64,000 nucleotides of DNA from Chrysomallon squamiferum (taxonomy: Eukaryota > Animalia > Mollusca): positions 17,856,001-17,920,000 of the forward strand of contig CM022673.1 in the NCBI GenBank assembly GCA_012295275.1. The letters run 5' to 3'. The translations under genes were made by a program, and so were the position numbers. Shown piece after piece: positions 55,848-64,000 of the stretch. Each line of letters opens with the position of its first letter. Within the stretch, counting starts at the first letter, position 1. The notes beneath the pieces were generated by a model. The model was given only the letters and a program-made list of their open reading frames with translations. It was not told the origin of the DNA and made no database searches.

Positions 55848-56038
55848 GACTGCACTGTGAGAGTGTGGAGTCTGGATGGTAAAGAAAAATGTTGTGTAAA
55901 AACTGTAGTCAGCTCAGAAACCAAATCATCACCAAAACCTCAGTCTACAGAAAGAGATGAAAATCTTGTGCAACAACCAGCAATTCAAAAACTAGTCTAC
56001 AACAAAACACATCAAGTATTAGCAGTTTCAGTAAACAG
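55848..56038 (+). CDS. wdr4: WDR4 exon 7
   Basis: Acceptor tgcag|G; DCTVRVWSLDGKEK...QVLAVSVN(R) completes the SGSGDxTVRVW WD motif; donor AG|GTATTA; 191 nt, phase 0-2. Confidence 0.92.
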
Positions 56039-56127
56039 GTATTAGATTCTGTATATATTGCTTATATTTTACACTGATTATGTGTATAATGTTTGTAGTT
56101 TTTTTATATATATATATATATATATAG

Positions 56128-56160
<33 letters not shown>

Positions 56161-56350
56161 GTTTTAATTTATGAAGAATTCAGATTTTCCATTCAAATGA
56201 TTTAGTACAAGAAACAAAAACAAAAACCCCCCAAAAATTGATATATTTATTAGAAATGATTTTAATAAATAAATAAATAAATATAATGGAGAAAAGGGAA
56301 AACAGTTATTTTTAATTCTGTATAATCTATATCATTTTGTTTTATTTCAG

Positions 56351-56549
56351 GTTAGCCCATATTAAAATTTACCAACTCAATGTTTTAGAAGACCAAATTT
56401 CTTTAACATTACTGCAGACTTTGTCCTTTACTTTTGACCCATGGGACCTTATTTTTGATGACCTTGACCTGTTGTGGGTTCTTCTTCCTGTAGAAGGTTC
56501 AACTCTGCAAGTTTATGATTTGAAAGAGGACAAAACAAAACAGTCGTTG
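56351..56549 (+). CDS. wdr4: WDR4 exon 8
   Basis: Acceptor tttatttcag|G; LAHIKIYQL...QTLSFTFDPWDLIFDDLDLLWVL...QSL (WD-x-x-F....LWVL blade); donor TTG|GTAAGT; 199 nt, phase 2-0. Confidence 0.92.
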
Positions 56550-56791
56550 GTAAGTAATCATTATTTTTATTTTGAAAATTTGTCAGTGAGGTTCTCCTGT
56601 TCCAACTATAGTCTCTTGCAATATAAAAAAATGTCAAGGTATTAAAACTGACATGGTAGAGTATAATTATAATTATCAAAAATGTATTTATTTAGTTTAT
56701 AAAATTATTTTCTATTTTCAGGATAATTACAATTATTAACAAAGTATTCATCAAGAATTTATTTATTTATAAAACTATTTTCTGTTTTAAG

Positions 56792-56870
56792 AGTCTGAAT
56801 GAAGTCACAGACAACAGGAATGTTGAAGCATGCAAAGATATTGTCAACAAGAACTGGCAATTCTTCAAAG
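56792..56870 (+). CDS. wdr4: WDR4 exon 9
   Basis: Acceptor ttttctgttttaag|A (AAG type); SLNEVTDNRNVEACKDIVNKNWQFFK; donor AAG|GTAGTA; 79 nt, phase 0-1, bridging exons 8 and 10 in frame. Confidence 0.8.
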
Positions 56871-56936
56871 GTAGTAAATCTGTTTTTATTTGTTATTTTT
56901 AATAGAAAGAAGTTCATTTTATTGTTGTTTTTTATT

Positions 56937-56985
<49 letters not shown>

Positions 56986-57308
56986 GTTGTTGTTATTATT
57001 ATTAAGCTTTAATATCAACATATTTAATAAAGTGTTATATAAAAAATGAACTTTTTGCAATATCCTACTTGGGTAAATTAATAGGATATTGTTTAGACCA
57101 CAAACCATTTGGAAATGCCAGATATTCAGAATATGTTTCCATAAATCAAAATCAGAAAATATTTGCACTAACTAGGGGCCAGAGAAAGCAACAGCAAAAT
57201 TATTAAAGCTCACAACTATTTTAGTGGCCATTTCTAAATAATTTTATACACATCCATTATTATTATTATTTTTTTTTTATTATTATTATTATTATTGATA
57301 TTATTATG

Positions 57309-57359
<51 letters not shown>

Positions 57360-57822
57360 TTTTTTTTAAATTCTGAGTAAAGGCAGGCAGATATGTACTA
57401 TTATATTATAAAACATTCATAACTTTTTAAACATAAATTTTTTAACTTTAGTTTTATTTATAAATTTCTCAGTCATGAATGTAATATTATCAGATGATAA
57501 TGAAATAGTTGAATACTAACAAAGCTAATTGTAAAATATTACCTGTAGTCTTAAATCTTTAAAATGTGGTTAGCATCTTGATTAGTGGTATAAAAAGTTC
57601 TGTCATTTCATTGCTTAGTTTTTGTATGTTTTTTTTTTTCAATAATTACAGAAATAATTCTATTTTTACAGTTGTTTTCTGTAGACAAAGTAGGGTTGTA
57701 AATTTAGAGTTCTTTTTAAATAATTCAATTAAGAATATGTTTGAAAATTATGTAATAATGAAAAATCTTTTATGGGTTTTGTCCTTTTAAAATATGAGCA
57801 TTATTATTTCTGGTGGTTTTAT

Positions 57823-57869
<47 letters not shown>

Positions 57870-58454
57870 ACCAGAGATTTAAAAAATATATATATATATA
57901 TGAATCATTTTTCAGCATGTATGTCAGAATTTATAATAATTACATTAGCTGTTATTTCAGTGTTACTTTAATATTACAAGAAAAACAATTGTTCTATTAC
58001 TTTAATGCTAACAACATGATTTATAACCCAAGAGACATATGTTGAAAATCTCCATGTTGAACTTGTCACAGAAAATAATGTAAGAACTGACACTGCTCAC
58101 TAATTAGACCCGGATCGGGAAATCCAGAGTCAGGTGCTGTCTCTGGCAGGATGATTGGTGATGACAGCCTCGTATTACACTGTCACTCCTCTCACCTCTT
58201 AATTCTGCGACAGTGCAGATGATTTCTGGCAATGTCACGCTTGTTGGTTTCACTGTCATGCACTGTTGATTTCAAGTCATTAATTAATTAGCAGAAGTTG
58301 TGTGTGAATGATGTAAGGAGAAGTTGTGTTGAGATGTTTTTGTGTCAGACTGCTGTGTCTTCTGAAGAAAGAGTTAAACAGAAGGAATTACAGTCTCACA
58401 ATATTTCCTTCTTAACTGTAATATTTGAAACAAGCTGTAATAATAATAATGATG

Positions 58455-58487
<33 letters not shown>

Positions 58488-58840
58488 TGATAAAATACAA
58501 AAATAAAAACAATAATAATAATGGCATTTTCAGTAACATTAATAATAAAATAATCGTTAATTATTTGATTTATTAAGTAATTAACTAGTAGTGTTAGTTA
58601 TTTAAATTAAATTATCAGAAAAAAGATTGAATTTATAATGCTTAAATTAATTTTGTCTGAATAACAGATGAGATGAAAGGAACAAAAGAAATACAACAAT
58701 GTATTTTTAAAAAATTAATTTGTAGTTTATTAAATGTTTATTTTATTTTTGTTTTACATTTGTTTTTATAGAATTTTTTGGGGAGGGGTGTTGATGTTGT
58801 TTCTTTTTAAAGAAAGAAATATATTATTTATATTTTCCAG

Positions 58841-59001
58841 TATCTCTAGAAAAGCCTAACAGTCTGCCATCATTATGGAAACAGAAAATTGACAATGTGA
58901 CAGACTACTTGATGAAGAAAGAACAGAGGCTAAAAGGTGAAACAAACGGAGATAACATTGTTAAGAACGAGATACCCGAGAAAAAGGTGAAAGCCTTGTG
59001 A
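58841..59001 (+). CDS. wdr4: WDR4 exon 10 (terminal coding exon)
   Basis: Acceptor attttccag|TA; (V)SLEKPNSLPSLWKQKIDNVTDYLMKKEQRL...PEKKVKAL*, matching the WDR4 C-terminal helix motif L-x-K-x-x-x-DNV-x-x-YL-x-KKE-x-RL; stop TGA at 58999-59001. Confidence 0.93.
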
Positions 59002-59619
59002 CAAAGAAAACATCATTATGACATCAGGGATAGACTTAACATTGACATTTAATGTATTTAATATCAGACATCAAACACACAGACTGTGTTTGTACAAACA
59101 CCAGGCTTTTCTAGATTATAACTCGTGAAAGAAAGAGAAAAATGCCAAAAGTCAAACAGTACTATGTAATTATTCCAATATATATCTGAAAATTAATATT
59201 AAATCATGTGGTAAAAATATACTTGTTTTTTGTTGTGTATTAACAGAGTTAAAAATATTTTATAATTCATTCCAAATGTTTTTGGTTTTTCTTTGTTTTA
59301 ATCCTCAAACTATAGAATTTTTGATCATGTAATCTGTCAATATTCAGTAACTAGTAACCAATATTTTATATACTTTTTTCAGTTTAATCAATGCCGATGT
59401 TATAGATCATTCTAGATAAAGTATATTCTGATAACCACATATTTTAAGATTTGTAAACAAGAAAATAAATTATTAAAAAATATAAATAACAAAAAATAAA
59501 ATGTGAGATGAGGAAAAAACATTGAAGTAATAAATATCAGACGAATTAAAACTGTATCTACACTTTATCCCATTTTGGCCAACAGTTTATATAATCTATT
59601 ACAGTTCCTTTTTTGTCAA

Positions 59620-59695
59620 AATAAATAAATAAATATTAATAATAACAAATTATGCCTTCTGAAGTTGTTGTTTTGTTTTTGTTTTTTGGGTGTGG
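59620..59695 (+). terminator. Candidate WDR4 polyadenylation signal
   Basis: Overlapping AATAAA hexamers at 59620-59633 followed by a GT/T-rich tract at 59663-59695. Other AATAAA copies (e.g. 59464) exist, so the site is not unique. Confidence 0.4.
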
Positions 59696-60367
59696 AAACC
59701 TTGTATTAAAACCTCAGAACTGAATTATATTTTTTGGTTTACAGTTACATGAGCAGATCATTTCTTTATACAAAATATTCTTTCAGTCTGTATTAAAATA
59801 AATCAAATAAATAAATAAATAAATAATAATAATAAGGTTGTGTACATCAAACGCTTTTCCACTGTCAATAATTGGTAGTTAGCACGCTGTATGAATAACA
59901 GTTAATTTACGAATAATATTTGCCTGTTAACGGATGTATGTGTTACGGTAGCTTGGATAAGGTAATGGTGGCTGTTGTCGCGTGCTGTTTAACCTCAAAC
60001 ACTTCTACCCGTCAGAAGTAGCCGACCAGCCAAACAATCATATTGTTAGTGTTAGGACAAATAATAATTAACTCGTCACAAGAAATCACCGTTAGGGGTC
60101 GCTGATCAGACGCGTTTTAATCTGCTGGCAGATGTTAACTGCTGAAGCGTGAACTGGGGTTTCCTAGAAACTGCTAACTCTTACGTGTCGTCTGATCTGG
60201 TATTAGTTTTTTGGACAGTTAAATATTTTAATTCGATTTCGTTATTTGCTAACTAGATATTTTTACTTACTTTAGGGTTATGAAGAAAATTCACTTGCAC
60301 GGACGAAACGTTCTCTGAAATTTTAACTTCGTGAAGCAAAAACGTGCGCCGATTAGTAGAAACTAAA

Positions 60368-60437
<70 letters not shown>

Positions 60438-60799
60438 TCAAACAACAGCTTCAGTACGTATTTATTTTAAAGAGATTTTCTTTTTTTTTCTATTTACTTT
60501 TTGTGTAACAAAATATCATCCCAGAATAAAGAAAAAACCATCCCCGTTTTTTTGTGTTTTTTTTGTTTTTGTTTTTGATGTCGCTTTATTTATTTATTTT
60601 TATTTTATTTTTTTAAAGATAATTATATTCCAACAGCTAGCTTCAACTAATTCACCTTCGGTAGTTAATATTTCGTTACTACATAACCTTCGCACGCATT
60701 TTAATATTATTTAACAAACATTCACTTGGGGAAAAAATAATTTTTGTTATGTTTAGGATCTAAGTGCTATTTGCATAGAAATGGCTAATTTATTTAATA

Positions 60800-61060
60800 A
60801 TCCAGTGAGTGTCGCGTGGCCTTTCAGCACGGCCAGCGAGTCATTGCTACCCGTCAACTGCCTGTCACGTATCTAAACTTTATTACCGGTAAGCAGCCGG
60901 ACAAGCACGCGCCCGGCACGCGCTGGCACGTGGCGCCAACTCGTCTGACTTTCAAAAATAGTGAAAAAATGTTCGCAACACAAGAGCGCACGTTCATTCC
61001 TTTGTGATTTGGTTTAAATACAGCACCACCGGCTTTCACTTGACGGCGCTAACTGTAGTT
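60800..61060. promoter_or_regulatory. CpG-rich cis-regulatory island with clustered HES/Hairy-type bHLH sites
   Basis: CACGCG at 60813-60818 (minus), 60906-60911 and 60917-60922, and TGGCACGTGG around 60924-60933, in a GC-rich non-coding block. Confidence 0.55.
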
Positions 61061-61314
61061 CAAAGATAGCATTTTGTTTTAACACGGTTGTGTTATTCTG
61101 TTTTTGTAGTGGGGGGGCTTTTGGGGGAGGGAAGATTTTATTTGTTTTTTCCCCTTTGTTTCTTCATCTTTTTAATTCTTTTTAATTTTAAAAAATGTTT
61201 AAGTAATGACTGCACTGTTCTTTCTTTCTATGATGAATATTTATTAATTAATTAATTTATTTATTTATTGTTATTACTATTATTATCATGATCATCTTCA
61301 TTATTATGATTATG

Positions 61315-61345
<31 letters not shown>

Positions 61346-61488
61346 GTGTTGTTTCTACTCTTTTAATAAAATAAAATGCACCGAATAAAAGGTAACGGGT
61401 CATGGAAACCTTACCTTCAGCAATCATCTTAATCGAAATTGCAAATACACTCGTTTGTTTTATTTTATTTTGACTAATTTTGAAGACC

Positions 61489-61548
<60 letters not shown>

Positions 61549-62597
61549 TAAAAAAATTAAAATTTATGTCTTTAAGTTAAAAAGACCGATAATATAAACG
61601 CTTGTTGGTCCATTAACCTGGCTGTTTTGAGATTTACGGGCATTTCCTTGTCACTTATGCGTGACTAAAATGTGGAAACTTCATTTCAAATCATCCGTAA
61701 AGATGAAATTAGATAAGTGCGAGAAATGAACGTAACCGCCACACACAGCCACAGTTCCATACCGGGTGTTACAGCCATTATAAATCAGGGACGAAAATGT
61801 TTTCATACGAAATGAGCACGCATGCGGCTTCCTTTCTATTAAGGCATCAAGTTTTAAACGAGATGATGAATAATATAAGGCATTATTAACAAGAGGGTGT
61901 TTTTTTTTAATGGGGGGGGGATGGAAATCAAATCCAAGATAGCAACACTAGTAATATCTCACAACCACTTATTCCGTTAGTGGCGCGAAATGTGCGGCCA
62001 TTAACAAGGGTAGCGACTCGGATTAAAAGAAAAGAAAATACCTGGTTTCACTGCTAATGGAGCATTATGGGAACGTATGCGCCTGGCAGCAGGAATCGTA
62101 CGTAATTTGCTACAATTTAGAAGTGTACCAGGACGCGGAAATCTAATTCCGCCAAATTACAAGGCTGACCAGATAGCATTAGTTGTAAATTAAACAGTAC
62201 TAATTTGCCGTAATACGGATCAATAGACGTTTGTTTGAGATCCTGCTAACGAATTGGCAGAGTACTATGGCTTAGTAAATTATGTTTAGGATGGGGGGGA
62301 GTTTCGAGTTGTTTGGAAGTGCATACGTACACACGTACACATACACATACACACACGCACTGTCTTTCAAAGAACAGGCGCTGTTCTTTGATCTTTCCTG
62401 TATAAAAACATTTGTCTTATAAAAAGGTAAAAAGTGAATAACTAAATGAAATGTAGTGTTGAATATTAGAGCTGCTAACAAAAGTACTGTTAGAATAGCA
62501 CCAGTAGTAAAAGTAACTGGTAGCTGTAATACTTTTTTAAACATTTAGATTTAATAACAGTTATTAAGTAGATGTTATGTACTTGCGAGAAAGGTTT

Positions 62598-62599
<2 letters not shown>

Positions 62600-62652
<53 letters not shown>
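62600..62652. repeat. (CT)n microsatellite
   Basis: Direct dinucleotide repeat. Confidence 0.97.
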
Positions 62653-62654
<2 letters not shown>

Positions 62655-64000
62655 CACCTGTTCTTATTTCGAAGAAACTCGACATGACCAATTAGATTAC
62701 ACAGGATTGAATAAGACGGAGTAACACTAATTATTACACAAACAGTGTGTTTCCGCTGCAATCAGATTGACAATTCTACTTCACTTGAAACTTCTCCGTA
62801 GGCAACTTTCACACGATGCTGCTTTATTGTCAGTACACTTGTACCCAGCTGCGTCTCTTGCATAAAGCCAGTTACCTGTGGTCGCGAGCGCTACCTGGTG
62901 TTGTCTTTCTTGTCTGCCCTTGATCACGCCACTTGTTGCAAACGGCACGCGCCATTTAGCAGACGAAGGAGATTTTATTGCCAGCACGATTTAACACGAA
63001 TATTGCGACTATAATTAAATTCAACAGTTTTTGACAAAGATAGATGTATTACATCATTTACAATTTTTATTAAAATTTTGCGAAAATAATTCGACTTAAA
63101 TAAAACCACTACTGCTGCTACTAATAATAAACAAATAAATAATCGCAGTAATATAAACGATCATAGGCCATGTTAACTTTGAAAGGCTGTTTTGTGAAGC
63201 TATTATTTTAAAATGTATGGGTGTTGTTTTAATTTTAAAAAATTCAAGGTTCTAGAATGATTATATTCTGATGATGGTCAAGATAACAAACTTGTATTTT
63301 ATGTAAACATTGTATAATATTTATAAAATCTGAATTTATATTAACAACAACAACAACACAACAATAATAATGTTACTTTCAGAAATAGTTTATTCTTTTT
63401 AATTCTATTTTCATTTCCTTTGTCTTTCTTTCTTTCTTCTTTTCTTTCTATTCATTTTCTTTTCTTTGTTTCTATTTTCAACCCGTGCTTCACAACTGTT
63501 TGATTGAAGAACACTATACATTTTTCCTATCAGTGGCAACAGGCATTTAAAAATCCTTTGCTACTAATCGCTAAACTTAGCTAATTTTTTTCTCCTACTA
63601 ATATCACTTAAAAAACATTTTTAACCTAATGAAAGATAATGTAAAAAATGAGTTCAAATGTCGTTAAGCAGAAGACATTCATTCACGATTACGATAGTGA
63701 TAATGATTATTGCTGTTGTGACAGCAATAACAACAACTACTTCGACTCCTCTTCCTACTATAGCTGCTACTATAACAACTACCACCATTACTAGTACTAC
63801 TACTATGCTACTATTACTACAACTATTTATTATTAGTAGTAGTATTATTAGTATTAGTATTATTAATTACTACATACATTATACGATTATGTCTTCCTTT
63901 TAAGCTTTGCTTGGCAGATTGAAAAAGCTTTAAAACAGTTTATATTGTTAAACTGAGAAATAAAATAAAATTTGATACATTTATATATATATACATTGAT

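Noticed and set aside
7300-59000. Abundant TGACAG/CTGTCA (Meis/TALE) and GTAAACA (Fox) motifs
   Set aside because: Short motifs expected often in AT-rich, TpG/CpA-enriched DNA; enrichment cannot be shown without computation.
6833-59001. Identification of the WD40 gene as WDR7/WDR72 (the vertebrate ONECUT neighbours)
   Set aside because: Size (418 aa) and the DKxGDVY, GHLSxLLD, DRDEKIR and DNVxxYLxKKExRL motifs are those of WDR4/Trm82.
3904-63903. The many 60-180-aa ORFs rich in I/Y/F/C-V/S-L/E-R runs
   Set aside because: Translations of microsatellites and poly-T/A tracts; not coding.

Overview
AT-rich, microsatellite-dense eukaryotic (invertebrate animal, plausibly lophotrochozoan/mollusc - inference) genomic DNA. 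Two protein-coding genes sit head-to-head. On the minus strand is the large first coding exon of a ONECUT/HNF6 transcription factor (2229->1167: TP box plus CUT domain; the homeodomain exon lies left of the window). On the plus strand is a complete 10-exon WDR4/TRM82 gene (6833..59001; the exons assembled by hand give a continuous 1257-nt CDS, 418 aa). The three WDR4 introns nearest onecut are inflated (2.8, 10.0 and 31.9 kb, versus 0.24-2.0 kb for the rest). They contain many short, complex, CpG-retaining islands, three of which carry near-perfect RFX X-boxes. The best candidate 'system' is therefore an onecut genomic regulatory block with WDR4 as bystander host of onecut enhancers, plus a helically phased HES/Hairy site cluster downstream of WDR4. 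Other observations: a candidate 13-nt poison microexon, AG|GT (recursive-splice-like) sites near the middle of the giant intron, a duplicated 3' splice site, an onecut uORF, an inverted ~160-bp repeat pair, a MITE-like element and several minisatellites. No rRNA, intact tRNA, transposase ORF or CRISPR array was found. All regulatory and splicing proposals are unverified inference.
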